Origin: an uncultured Thiomicrospira sp.
Lineage (GTDB): Bacteria; Pseudomonadota; Gammaproteobacteria; CAKMZV01
Direction of reading: 5' to 3'
Length of the DNA stretch: 32,000 bases
NCBI GenBank assembly: GCA_965195345.1
Contig: OZ239628.1
Span: 387,940-419,939, forward strand
Position 1 is the stretch's first letter, and the number at the start of each line of letters is the position of its first letter. Below the pieces are notes generated by a model. That model searched no databases and was not told where the DNA came from. It was given only the letters and a program-made list of their open reading frames with translations. Shown one piece after another: positions 23,559 to 32,000 of the stretch. Position numbers and translations under genes: made by a program.

Positions 23559-24845
23559 TTACAAATAACGCGCTAACATGACAAATGGGCCGTTGATTTC
23601 GGGAAGTGGTAATTTTATAGTGACTCCGCCACCTTTTGCTTCCTCAATTTTTTGTCCCTTGTCCGTTTCAATGTGCTCTACATGAATATCAAAATTACCT
23701 TGCGGTTGGACTACTTCAAGGCGATCTCCAGTCTTTATTTTGTTTTTGGTGAGTACAGTTGCAATACCATTGTTGTAATCTGTAACTTCAGCACAAAATT
23801 GTTGCTGACGAGAGGTTGAATGTGAATCAACATAATTCTGATAGTCAGCGTTATGATGTCGCTGAAAAAAACCATCGGTATAACCTCTATTAGATAAGTT
23901 TTCTAAGTCGGAGATAAGGTTAGGGTCGAATGGCTTGTTTGAACAAGCATCATCGATAGCTTGACGGTAAGATTGGGCAGTACGGGCTACGTAGTAATGT
24001 GATTTAGTGCGTCCTTCAATTTTCAAACAATGCACACCAAGTTTGGCTAGTGCATGGACATGTTCGATTGCGCGCAAATCTTTGGAGTTCATGATGTATG
24101 TGCCATGATCATCTTCTTCAATTGGAAGGAATTCACCAGGACGGTTGCTCTCTTCCAATAACCACGTTTTCTGTGGAGGTGGACTAATTTCTTTGATGAT
24201 GGTGCCTTTTTGTTCATCATTGACGCCTTCATGGACCTGATAGTTCCAGCGACAAGCATTAGTACAAGTGCCTTGATTTGGATCGCGATGGTTAAAATAA
24301 CCTGATAAAAGGCACCGTCCTGAATAGGCAATACATAGGGCACCGTGGACAAAAACTTCCAGTTCAACTCCAGGACAGTGATCTTTAATAGATTCAATTT
24401 CGGTTAGTGAAAGTTCTCGAGAAAGAATGACACGTTCGATGTTTGCAACTTCATGCCAAAAGCGTACGCTTGCCCAGTTGACGGCATTGGCCTGTACTGA
24501 AAGGTGAATTGGAATGTCGGGCCAATTTTCTCTTGTAAGTGCTATCAATCCAGGGTCGGCCATGATTAGAGCATCTGGATTACAGTCAATGATTTCCTCT
24601 ATATCTTTAACAAACGTTTTAAGTTTAGAGTTGTGAGGTAAAAGATTAACGGTGCAGTAAAATTTCTTGCCTTGAGCATGCACTTCTTCAATGCCCTTTG
24701 CAAGATTAGGAATAGTAAATTCATTATTGCGGGCACGCAGTGAATACCGAGGAGGCCCAGCGTATACTGCATCTGCTCCAAAGGCCAATGCAAAGCGCAT
24801 GTTCTTTAAAGTTCCAGCGGGTGAGAGGAGTTCAGGTTTTTGCAT
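23559..24845 (-). CDS. yegQ: U32-family peptidase-like protein (YegQ/TrhP-type RNA hydroxylation factor)
   Basis: 428-aa ORF. The N-terminus MQKPELLSPAGTLKNMRFALAFGADAVYAGPPRYSLRARNNEF is nearly identical in pattern to E. coli YegQ as I recall it. The U32 core ELEVFVHGALCIAYSGRCLLS is present. Confidence 0.85.
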   Translation of the reverse strand: MQKPELLSPAGTLKNMRFALAFGADAVYAGPPRYSLRARNNEFTIPNLAKGIEEVHAQGKKFYCTVNLLPHNSKLKTFVKDIEEIIDCNPDALIMADPGLIALTRENWPDIPIHLSVQANAVNWASVRFWHEVANIERVILSRELSLTEIESIKDHCPGVELEVFVHGALCIAYSGRCLLSGYFNHRDPNQGTCTNACRWNYQVHEGVNDEQKGTIIKEISPPPQKTWLLEESNRPGEFLPIEEDDHGTYIMNSKDLRAIEHVHALAKLGVHCLKIEGRTKSHYYVARTAQSYRQAIDDACSNKPFDPNLISDLENLSNRGYTDGFFQRHHNADYQNYVDSHSTSRQQQFCAEVTDYNNGIATVLTKNKIKTGDRLEVVQPQGNFDIHVEHIETDKGQKIEEAKGGGVTIKLPLPEINGPFVMLARYL

Positions 24846-24884
24846 AGTAATGGTTAGAAGGGTAAGAGGGAAGCTATATGATTG

Positions 24885-25490
24885 CTATTTAAAACTATCC
24901 AAGATAGACTTCAACTCCTTTGGATTAGGGTTCGTATGTTTCAAATTATTAAAGATACCTTTTAGTTGATCGCAAGCACTTTTAAAATCGGCGTTAATTA
25001 TTAAGTAGTCGTATTTTGTATGGTTTTTAATCTCATTACGCGCTTCTTGTAAACGTCGTGATATGACATCAATCGCATCGGTAGAACGCGCACGTAGGCG
25101 AGTTGCTAAAGTTTGAAAATTAGGAGGGATGATGAAAATACTTTGGGTATCACTTTTCTTTGAGCGAATTTGATCCGCGCCCTGCCAGTCAATTTCAAGT
25201 ACAACATGCTTACCATTATCTAAGTTTTTTTCCACAGTGCTTCGTGCAGTGCCATAAAGATTACCAAACACATAAGCATATTCCAAAAAAGCATCTTGTT
25301 CGATGAGTTCTAAGAATTTTTGTTCATTAACAAAGTAGTAATTTTCGCCATCAGTCTCATTATTGCGAATAGGTCGAGTCGTGTGAGAAATAGACAAAAC
25401 CGTATTGTTCAACTCACTAAGAGCACTTGCAAGAAGGGAGGATTTGCCTGTTCCAGAAGGAGCAGATACTATAAAAAGTGTCCCTCGCAT
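24885..25490 (-). CDS. gmk: Guanylate kinase
   Basis: 201-aa ORF with the P-loop SAPSGTGKSS, plus SHTTRP.R..E..G..Y.F and the overall Gmk pattern. Confidence 0.95.
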   Translation of the reverse strand: MRGTLFIVSAPSGTGKSSLLASALSELNNTVLSISHTTRPIRNNETDGENYYFVNEQKFLELIEQDAFLEYAYVFGNLYGTARSTVEKNLDNGKHVVLEIDWQGADQIRSKKSDTQSIFIIPPNFQTLATRLRARSTDAIDVISRRLQEARNEIKNHTKYDYLIINADFKSACDQLKGIFNNLKHTNPNPKELKSILDSFK

Positions 25491-25504
25491 ATTCTAAAAA
25501 GGAG

Positions 25505-26629
25505 TTATATGGTCATCGGCATGATGACGTGCTGCAAGTGTACATCATCATCTTTTTCTTCAATAAGAACGCTGGCAGTGGGCGTGGATATTTTTATATT
25601 GATGATGGGTTGACTTAATGTGCTTATCGTTTGCTGTAGGTAGCCTTCATTAAAGGCAATTTCAAGATGTTCACCATCATAAGAAGCAGACATGACAACT
25701 TCGGACTTTTCCTGCTCGGCATTTAAGCAAGTTATCGTAGCAGTGTCGTCTTCTTTGGCTATTAAGCGCACCTGCCTCGTAGAATCTTTGTTAATAAGCG
25801 TCGCCTGTTTCAATGTTTTTGAGAAGCTGTCGCAATCAGCACTGAAGGTGTAATCATTATTTTGAGGGATAACACCGGCGTAGGAAGGAAAAGAACCAAC
25901 GATTAATTTGCTGGCAAACGTTAGGTTTTCTGTGCGCTTTAGCTGAAATGAAATGAAATTGTCACTGATTGAAAGAGTCAGGTCTCCTTTTTCATCTTCA
26001 AGCAATCTTTTAATTTCAGTGACTGCTTTGAGCGGAATAATAATACTACAATCGCTATCAATTTCTTTTTCTAAAGAAGATACCGCACTTGCTAAACGAT
26101 GACCATCGGTGGCGACTACTCGGATTTGAGTTCCTTGGGCTTCAAGTAACATGCCTCGCAAAGGCGCTCTGATATCCTTAGTTGAAATGGCAAAAGATAC
26201 TTTATTGATAAGTGTTTTTAGTGTTTTCTTAGAAACAGTTATTGATTGATCAAAGTTGGTAAGGTCTAGCTGCGGAAATCCTTCGGAAGGCAAGGTTGAA
26301 AGATTGTAGCGTGCGTAATCAGTATGAATGACCGCTTGTGTATCAGAAAATTCAATGGCGATGGTTTCTGCTGTGGTGCTTGACACGATGTCGAGAAGTT
26401 TTTGAGCTCCAAGTGTCGTATCAAATTTACCTCCAGCGATCTCTCCTTCAGGCATTGGTAGTTGAGCAACCATTTGCAATTCAGTATCTGTAGTGGTGAG
26501 GACCATTCCAGATTCATCAACTTGCAGTTTTACGTTGCCAAGGATCGGCAAAATTTTCACACGATCAATAACACTTGCTATATTTTGTAGCACTTGATAG
26601 AGTGGCTTTCTCTCAAATAATAGTTTCAT
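25505..26629 (-). CDS. dnaN: DNA polymerase III beta sliding clamp
   Basis: 374-aa ORF immediately downstream of dnaA. The N-terminus is typical (MKLLFERKPLYQVLQNIASVI...PILGNVKL) and the length fits three domains. Confidence 0.95.
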   Translation of the reverse strand: MKLLFERKPLYQVLQNIASVIDRVKILPILGNVKLQVDESGMVLTTTDTELQMVAQLPMPEGEIAGGKFDTTLGAQKLLDIVSSTTAETIAIEFSDTQAVIHTDYARYNLSTLPSEGFPQLDLTNFDQSITVSKKTLKTLINKVSFAISTKDIRAPLRGMLLEAQGTQIRVVATDGHRLASAVSSLEKEIDSDCSIIIPLKAVTEIKRLLEDEKGDLTLSISDNFISFQLKRTENLTFASKLIVGSFPSYAGVIPQNNDYTFSADCDSFSKTLKQATLINKDSTRQVRLIAKEDDTATITCLNAEQEKSEVVMSASYDGEHLEIAFNEGYLQQTISTLSQPIINIKISTPTASVLIEEKDDDVHLQHVIMPMTI

Positions 26630-26637
26630 GGGTTAGT

Positions 26638-27963
26638 CTAGTTGGACAAGGTTATAAAAAGATTGTTAAAGTCGTTCTCAAAATTGGTATTTTCTTTTCG
26701 CAATCGTTCAACATTACGACAAGCATGCAAAACAGTGGTATGGTCTCGAGCGAATGCATCTCCAATTTCTGACAAACTTAGATTGGTGAGTTGTTTTGCC
26801 ATAGCCATAGCCATATGGCGTGCACGAACAACAGGTTGACGGCGGACTTTACCAAGTAAGTCGGTTGAGCGTAAACGGAAGTAGGAGGCAACGGTTTTAA
26901 TGATTTGGTCCACTGATACAGCGCGCGAATGTGAAGCAAAAACATTATCCAATGCTTCATGAGTGCTAAGCAGTGTCATAGGTTTACCACTGAAGTCGTG
27001 GTAGGCTTTGAGTGTCGCAAGTGCGCTCTGAAGTTCGCGAACGTTCGAACGAATTTTTTGGGCGACTAAGAAAGCAATTTCTTCTGGTAGGTCAAGGGAA
27101 ACTTCGCGAGCTTTTGCCTTAAGTATGGCTACACGGAGTTCGAGCTCTGGTGGTTTAAGCTCAATAGCTAATCCAGCTCCAAAGCGCGAGCGCAACCGAT
27201 CACTAAATCCACTCAGATCTTTCGGATAGCGGTCACAAGTAAAGACTACTTGTTTATGACCTTCAAGCATAAGATTGACTATTTGAAAAAGCTCTTCTTG
27301 TGTGCTGGCTTTTTCTGCGAAAAAATGCACATCATCAATCAAAAGAACGTCAAAGCTACGATAAAACCTTTTGAACTGTGGCATTGTCTTCTCGTTTAGA
27401 GAAGCGATGAAGTTAGAAACAAAACGAGGAGCGTGCTGATAGAAAACTTTTGTGTTTGTATGGCGAATCATATGATTGCCAATTGAATAAAGTATGTGCG
27501 TTTTTCCTAGTCCAGAGCGACCATATATAAAGAAAGGGTTGTAAATGCTCGCTTGAGTGTTTTCGGCAATTTGTTTGGCAATAGATGACACCATAGTATT
27601 GGACTCGCCAGTAACAAAATTGCTAAATGAAAATTGTGGTTGCAATCCTGCTTCTTTAATGCGCTCATTGACATCGGCATGATTAGCGCGCGCTTGTAGT
27701 CGAGAAATTGAGTTTTCTTCAATATCTTCTTCGGCTTCTAGGTGTATGTGCAAAGTTTGGGGGCTTGCAGAGTCAATCGTGCTTTTTAGTATTTCCCAAT
27801 GAGCATTGGCATGTAAGCAATCTGCGAAATGTTCGTTTGGAGCTATGATGTGAAGTTTATTTCCATTAAGCTTTGCTCTTAAGGGAGCGACCCACCGCTC
27901 AAAGTCATGTTGCTCTAACGTATTCTCAAGTAGCCTAACACATCTGTTCCAGATGTCACTCAT
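26638..27963 (-). CDS. dnaA: Chromosomal replication initiator DnaA
   Basis: 441-aa ORF with Walker A GRSGLGKTH, Walker B LLIDDVHF, a sensor/box VII region, and a C-terminal DNA-binding domain (VRARHMAMAMAKQLTNLSLSEIGDAFARDHTTVLHA). Confidence 0.97.
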   Translation of the reverse strand: MSDIWNRCVRLLENTLEQHDFERWVAPLRAKLNGNKLHIIAPNEHFADCLHANAHWEILKSTIDSASPQTLHIHLEAEEDIEENSISRLQARANHADVNERIKEAGLQPQFSFSNFVTGESNTMVSSIAKQIAENTQASIYNPFFIYGRSGLGKTHILYSIGNHMIRHTNTKVFYQHAPRFVSNFIASLNEKTMPQFKRFYRSFDVLLIDDVHFFAEKASTQEELFQIVNLMLEGHKQVVFTCDRYPKDLSGFSDRLRSRFGAGLAIELKPPELELRVAILKAKAREVSLDLPEEIAFLVAQKIRSNVRELQSALATLKAYHDFSGKPMTLLSTHEALDNVFASHSRAVSVDQIIKTVASYFRLRSTDLLGKVRRQPVVRARHMAMAMAKQLTNLSLSEIGDAFARDHTTVLHACRNVERLRKENTNFENDFNNLFITLSN

Positions 27964-28207
27964 TCGTTCTCCTATTTGTTGGTCGGTTTTAAAAAAAGCC
28001 TCACGGTTTGCTTTTCTTTGAAAATATTATAGATGTCAAGTTATTTTTATATTTCTAAAACAGCATTCAAAAACAAGATTTTATTGATGGTTTTTATGCG
28101 TGACTATCAGGTCAGTATTTTGCATTATTTGCCGATGAAATGTTGTAAAAAATCACGTAAAAAAACTTTTCATTTCATCACAAATTGTTAAAAAAACGTT
28201 AATAATT

Positions 28208-28216
28208 TGTGCATAA
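28208..28216 (-). promoter_or_regulatory. DnaA box (TTATGCACA on the minus strand) upstream of dnaA
   Basis: The plus strand reads TGTGCATAA, whose reverse complement TTATGCACA matches the TTATNCACA consensus perfectly. It lies ~245 nt upstream of the dnaA ATG. It is the only good box I found in this spacer. Confidence 0.4.
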
Positions 28217-28240
28217 CTTGAAGAAAAGGAATAAAAGCGT

Positions 28241-28262
28241 ATCGTTGTACCTTTGCAACGAT
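28241..28262 (-). terminator. Putative intrinsic terminator after lipB
   Basis: The inverted repeat ATCGTTG...CAACGAT gives a 7-bp stem directly after the lipB stop. On the minus strand it is followed by ACGCTTTTATT. Confidence 0.4.
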
Positions 28263-28883
28263 TTATTTTTCCAGTGGAAAAATATTTTGAGATATTTTTA
28301 GTGCTAATTTATCTGCTATTACAGCAATCGATTCTGTGATTCCGAAATGATGCATGTCGATTACGTTCTGCTTTAACCCGCAAGGAGCAATGGAGCTGAA
28401 AGGGCTTAAATCCATAGAAACATTAAGACTGATACCATGATAGGTCCCTCGTTTTTTACAACTCAGTCCAAGTGCTGATATTTTCCCTGCCTCAGTATAC
28501 ACTCCCGGCAAATTGGCTTTGCGAAATCCCTCAATATTGTAGTGTGCTAGAGTGTCAATGGCTGAACCTTCCAAAGCGTTGATTAAGGTTTTAATGCCGA
28601 TATTTGCCCTAAAAATATCGATGAGTACGTAGATGATAATTTGACCGGGTCCATGATAGGTAACTTTTCCTCCACGGTCCGTTTGAATTACTGGAAGAGT
28701 AGTTTTCTTTAAAAAATGCTTTGGATCACCAATGCGACCCAAAGTGTAGACAGGATGATGGTCGGTTATCCAAAGTTGGTCGGAACTTTTTTCATCACGT
28801 GTAAGCGTGTATTCGCGCATTGATTTGAAGCAAGTTTCGTAATCAACTGTCCCTTTACGAATTATTTGAAGCGGGGGGTGCAT
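28263..28883 (-). CDS. lipB: Octanoyltransferase LipB
   Basis: LipB patterns are present: DQLWITDHHPVYTLG, RGGKVTYHGPGQII.Y, KISALG and HG.SLNV. I prefer the ATG at 28883 (MHPPLQII...). The track start at 28928 is a TTG inside the clpP 3' end. Confidence 0.88.
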   Translation of the reverse strand: MHPPLQIIRKGTVDYETCFKSMREYTLTRDEKSSDQLWITDHHPVYTLGRIGDPKHFLKKTTLPVIQTDRGGKVTYHGPGQIIIYVLIDIFRANIGIKTLINALEGSAIDTLAHYNIEGFRKANLPGVYTEAGKISALGLSCKKRGTYHGISLNVSMDLSPFSSIAPCGLKQNVIDMHHFGITESIAVIADKLALKISQNIFPLEK

Positions 28884-28899
28884 TTCTAAGGATGCTAAA

Positions 28900-29511
28900 T
28901 TACCGTCTTTTTGACAAAACTTCGTCAACCAATCCGTATTCTTTGGCTTCCTCTGCGCTTAAAAAGTTATCTCTATCAGTGTCTTTGCTCACTTGATTGA
29001 TGCTTTTCCCAGTATGGTGAGACATGATGTTATTCAAGGTTTCTCGGGCTTTTAATATTTCTTTCGCATGAATTTCTATGTCACTTGCTTGTCCGTGAAA
29101 TCCGCCCAAAGGTTGGTGGATCATCACGCGCGAGTTTGGTAAACAAAAACGTTTGCCAGTTGTACCAGCCGCTAATAGTAGAGCACCCATGCTGGCAGCC
29201 TGCCCTAAACACATTGTGTTAACTTCAGGTGTAATGTATTGCATGGTATCGTATATAGATAGACCAGCAGTGACTGAACCACCAGGAGAGTTTATGTAGA
29301 AGTGGATGTCTTTTTTTGAGTTTTCAGATTCGAGGAAAAGGAATTGAGCAACAATCAAATTTGCTGTTTCATCGGTGACTGGACCAACTAAAAAAATAAC
29401 ACGCTCACGCAGAAGTCTGGAATAAATATCAAATGAGCGCTCCCCTCTACCACTCTGTTCAATAACCATTGGTACAAGGGTATTGTTTTCAATTGGTCGA
29501 TTTTTGTTCAT
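28900..29511 (-). CDS. clpP: ATP-dependent Clp protease proteolytic subunit
   Basis: The sequence is ClpP-like throughout ([42 protein letters not shown]). I prefer the ATG at 29511, which has AAGGA 6 nt upstream and lies 34 nt after the tig stop. The track start at 29595 is a GTG inside tig. Confidence 0.95.
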   Translation of the reverse strand: MNKNRPIENNTLVPMVIEQSGRGERSFDIYSRLLRERVIFLVGPVTDETANLIVAQFLFLESENSKKDIHFYINSPGGSVTAGLSIYDTMQYITPEVNTMCLGQAASMGALLLAAGTTGKRFCLPNSRVMIHQPLGGFHGQASDIEIHAKEILKARETLNNIMSHHTGKSINQVSKDTDRDNFLSAEEAKEYGLVDEVLSKRR

Positions 29512-29545
29512 ATCTGATCCTTGAGACACTACTGTTTTATTTGGT

Positions 29546-30850
29546 TTAATTCCTAAGCGAACTGAGAGGAATCTGTTCAAAAGTTGCTTTGACACTTTCC
29601 ATCAAAACGTTGATGATTTGTTTTTCAAGAACGGAATTTTCTAAATCAGCCCGCACATTTTTATTTTCAGTGAAGTATTTGCGAGCCTCTTCACGGTTTG
29701 GATAATGAACTATTTGCTCCTCAATGGTTTGGTTTAGCAAATCTTCGTCCAATTTAATGTCATGATGAACGATTAACTCACGTAATATCAATCCTAATTT
29801 CACGCGTTTGACTGCATCTTCTTTTGCCCCTTGCTCCTTTAAATCCTCATCGCTTGAAACGGGGGATTGAGACATTTTTTGGCGGTCCTGAATCTGTTTT
29901 ATTATGCTTTTTATTTCCTCATCAATCATATGCTGAGGAATGGGGAAGTCGTGTTTTTCAAGCAGCAGATCGAAAAGACTTTGTCTATTGTTGCGATAGC
30001 TGAGTTGTTCAGCTTCATTTTCAAGACGTTTTTTAATGTCTTCTCGTAATGCTTCAACAGTCCCTTCTTTAATTCCAATGGATTGGATATATTCTTCGTT
30101 AATCTCAAACGGCTTGGGGGCTTCGATGTTTTTAACGATGCAACGAAACTCAACGTTTTCTCCAGCCAAGTCCTTTGCATGATAGGTTTCGGGAAAGGTT
30201 AGTGAAAAGGTTTTATTGTCTCCTTTACTCTGACCAAGCAAAGCATCTTCAAAACCTGGAATCATTTGTCCTTTACCAAGGACAAGTTTAAAATCGGTTG
30301 CTTGCCCGCCTTCAAAAGGCTTGTCGTCTTTAAATCCTTCGAAATCAATTGTTATTTGATCGCCATCAATCGCCGCACGATCCACCTCACTCCAAGTGGT
30401 ATTGTTATCCTTAAGACTATCCATAGTGGCGTCAATGTCAGACTCCTCAACAACTGGTTTGACAAGCTTAATTTTGAGTGTTGCTGTTTTAGCGAGAGTA
30501 ATTTCTGGAAATACTTCAAATGTAACAACGAACTTAACGTTATCATCCTCAAGATTTTCGATGCTAGTAATTTTTGGTGCGCCAACAATACTTAGCTTGT
30601 TTTCTTGGATGGCTTTGTATGTGTTTTGATCAATTTGATCATGAATGATTTCGTCTCGAATTTCTTTCCCGTAGCGCTGTTGCAGGAATGAAAATGGAAC
30701 TTTACCCGGTCGAAATCCGTCAATACGAGTACGATTGCCGATTTTCTGCAAACGCTCTTTCATTAAAGCAGGCAGATTTTTTACAGGAAACTCAATCGTT
30801 AATGTTTTTTCAATGGGACTGTTAGGGGAATTTTCAACGTTTGCTTTCAT
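29546..30850 (-). CDS. tig: Trigger factor
   Basis: About 434 aa with the ribosome-binding-domain signature [11 protein letters not shown], a central FKBP-like region and a C-terminal arm. The ATG is at 30850; the track adds one TTG codon. Confidence 0.93.
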   Translation of the reverse strand: MKANVENSPNSPIEKTLTIEFPVKNLPALMKERLQKIGNRTRIDGFRPGKVPFSFLQQRYGKEIRDEIIHDQIDQNTYKAIQENKLSIVGAPKITSIENLEDDNVKFVVTFEVFPEITLAKTATLKIKLVKPVVEESDIDATMDSLKDNNTTWSEVDRAAIDGDQITIDFEGFKDDKPFEGGQATDFKLVLGKGQMIPGFEDALLGQSKGDNKTFSLTFPETYHAKDLAGENVEFRCIVKNIEAPKPFEINEEYIQSIGIKEGTVEALREDIKKRLENEAEQLSYRNNRQSLFDLLLEKHDFPIPQHMIDEEIKSIIKQIQDRQKMSQSPVSSDEDLKEQGAKEDAVKRVKLGLILRELIVHHDIKLDEDLLNQTIEEQIVHYPNREEARKYFTENKNVRADLENSVLEKQIINVLMESVKATFEQIPLSSLRN

Positions 30851-30980
30851 CAACTAGCTCAAAAGGGAGAGGGACTTAAATATTAAAGTGTGCCTTTTCG
30901 GTTTTTTTGATAAAAAACACCGTAAGACATGCGGAAATTGGAAATCAATAATCAGCTGAAACGATTAAGTTGTTTCGTGT

Positions 30981-31106
30981 TCAACGCTGACGCGCCTTAA
31001 ATCGAGGGTCAGACTTACAAATCACAAAAATCTTGCCACGGCGGCGTACAACTTGACAATCTTTGTGGCGTTTCTTTGCAGATTTCAATGAGGATACAAT
31101 TTTCAT
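30981..31106 (-). CDS. rpmJ: 50S ribosomal protein L36, type B (YkgO-like, lacking the full Cys3His zinc motif)
   Basis: 41-aa ORF below the track cutoff: [41 protein letters not shown]. It is very similar to E. coli YkgO as I recall it ([41 protein letters not shown]...). Confidence 0.85.
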   Translation of the reverse strand: MKIVSSLKSAKKRHKDCQVVRRRGKIFVICKSDPRFKARQR

Positions 31107-31203
31107 AATGCAACTAATGTGTTGGTAAAATTAGAACGGCGTGCATTATACGGTGCGAACACGATGAAAATTTGTTTTTTTTAGCTTAGATTACAGATAA
31201 GAG

Positions 31204-31232
31204 TTGAAACTTGGTACATTCTGTCGTAATAT
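31204..31232 (+). promoter_or_regulatory. Putative sigma70 promoter for phoH
   Basis: TTGAAA (31204-31209), a 17-nt spacer, then TAATAT (31227-31232), about 110 nt upstream of the phoH ATG. This is a pattern match only. Confidence 0.3.
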
Positions 31233-31340
31233 TTGCACATTGATATGCTAATTAGTTCACTTTGAAAATTTTTTCCCATTCTGTCTTGGCAGACTTTCTG
31301 TTCATTCGAATAGCTTTGCTATACATTTTACATACTGCGT

Positions 31341-32000
31341 ATGCTCGATCATAAAATCCAACTTCTCCCCGAGAATAATGATTATTTGCGGTGTTTAGGG
31401 GGTGTTGAGAATAATCGAATTTCTTTTTTGGAAGTGCATTATGACGTTCGTATTTCTCAAAGAGGCTTTAAAATGCGCATACAAGGGAATGATATTGACT
31501 GCATACGTGCTGGAAAAGTTATATTAGGGTTGTATGAAGAAGCAAAAAAGGGAGAGATTGATGATAAGAGCATGTTCAGTATGTTAAATCAATTTGATAA
31601 AAAAGGAAATCAAATTTTGCCAATTGTATATGCAACGTTTCAAGCCGGAGATAAGACTATTAAGGCGCGAAATACTTCTCAACAGCGCTTTATTGAGCTA
31701 ATGAACGAAAAAGATGTTGTATTTGGCATCGGACCTGCGGGAACAGGTAAGACCTATTTGGCGGTGGCTAAAGCAGTGGAGTCTTTAGAGCGTCGAGACA
31801 TAAAGCGCATTGTGTTGACACGCCCTGCCGTTGAAGCTGGGGAGAAATTGGGTTTTTTGCCTGGAGATTTAAGTCAAAAAATTGACCCGTACCTGCGCCC
31901 CTTATATGATGCATTGTTTGAAATGTTGGGTTCGAGGAAAGTTGAAAAATTGATCGCTAAAAATATAATTGAAATAGCACCATTGGCTTTTATGCGTGGT
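31341..32000 (+). CDS. phoH: PhoH-family ATPase (YbeZ-like), 5' part, runs off the right edge
   Basis: The frame is open from the ATG at 31341 to the window end (220 codons) and is not in the track because there is no stop. It has Walker A GPAGTGKTYLAVA and the PhoH signature RIVLTRPAVEAGEKLGFLPGDLSQKIDPYLRPLYDAL. Confidence 0.92.
   Translation, partial: MLDHKIQLLPENNDYLRCLGGVENNRISFLEVHYDVRISQRGFKMRIQGNDIDCIRAGKVILGLYEEAKKGEIDDKSMFSMLNQFDKKGNQILPIVYATFQAGDKTIKARNTSQQRFIELMNEKDVVFGIGPAGTGKTYLAVAKAVESLERRDIKRIVLTRPAVEAGEKLGFLPGDLSQKIDPYLRPLYDALFEMLGSRKVEKLIAKNIIEIAPLAFMRG

Noticed and set aside
27964-28262. The dnaA upstream spacer as the chromosomal origin (oriC)
   Set aside because: Only one consensus DnaA box was found by eye, at 28208-28216. 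I saw no cluster of boxes and no obvious 13-mer DUE repeats. Gene orientation around it (lipB-clpP-tig on the same strand as dnaA) gives no strand-switch here. Genome-wide skew analysis is needed.
29512-29595. N-terminal extensions proposed by the ORF track for clpP (GTG 29595), lipB (TTG 28928), the PRTase (22875), pntA (8375), fdsG (TTG 9997), tig (TTG 30853) and the OMP-like gene (20795)
   Set aside because: The extensions start at non-ATG codons or lie inside the upstream gene. They add residues absent from canonical family N-termini or signal peptides. Internal ATGs with better RBS or spacing exist.
1-32000. CRISPR arrays, IS elements or transposases, integrases, tRNA/rRNA genes, and long direct or inverted repeats
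   Set aside because: I recognised none on either strand. The intergenic regions are short (under 450 bp) and contain no repeat-spacer periodicity or tRNA-like cloverleaf sequences that I could identify by eye.

Overview
This is an AT-rich chromosomal window, roughly 35-42% GC by eye. Gene content looks gammaproteobacterial, and the style resembles Legionellales or Coxiellaceae-type bacteria, but the taxon cannot be proven from this window. Most of it is housekeeping. From left to right: a MOSC-like 3' gene end, msrA, a large HExxH lipoprotein, a dimethylglycine/sarcosine-dehydrogenase-family flavoenzyme, pntAB, and an NAD-dependent formate dehydrogenase operon (fdhD-orf126-fdsG-fdsB-fdsA-fdsD). 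After a central cluster comes a long minus-strand string: purine PRTase, a CPBP-like membrane protein, a U32 peptidase (YegQ-like), gmk, dnaN, dnaA, lipB, clpP, tig and a type-B L36. A 5' phoH fragment closes the window. I recognised no rRNA, tRNA, CRISPR array, IS element or prophage. The standout is the six-gene plus-strand cluster at 15165-22210. It encodes a 727-aa membrane protein whose periplasmic half looks FliF-like (MS-ring) and whose cytoplasmic half is clearly FliG-like (rotor/torque domain). That gene is translationally coupled to a MotA/MotB-type stator pair. The cluster also holds a TPR lipoprotein and two signal-peptide proteins that look like outer-membrane barrels. No other flagellar gene lies in the window. 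I read it as a stripped-down, envelope-spanning rotor-stator machine of unknown output, and I know of no described system with this architecture. All family assignments are by-eye motif recognition, and HMM or structure searches are needed to confirm them.
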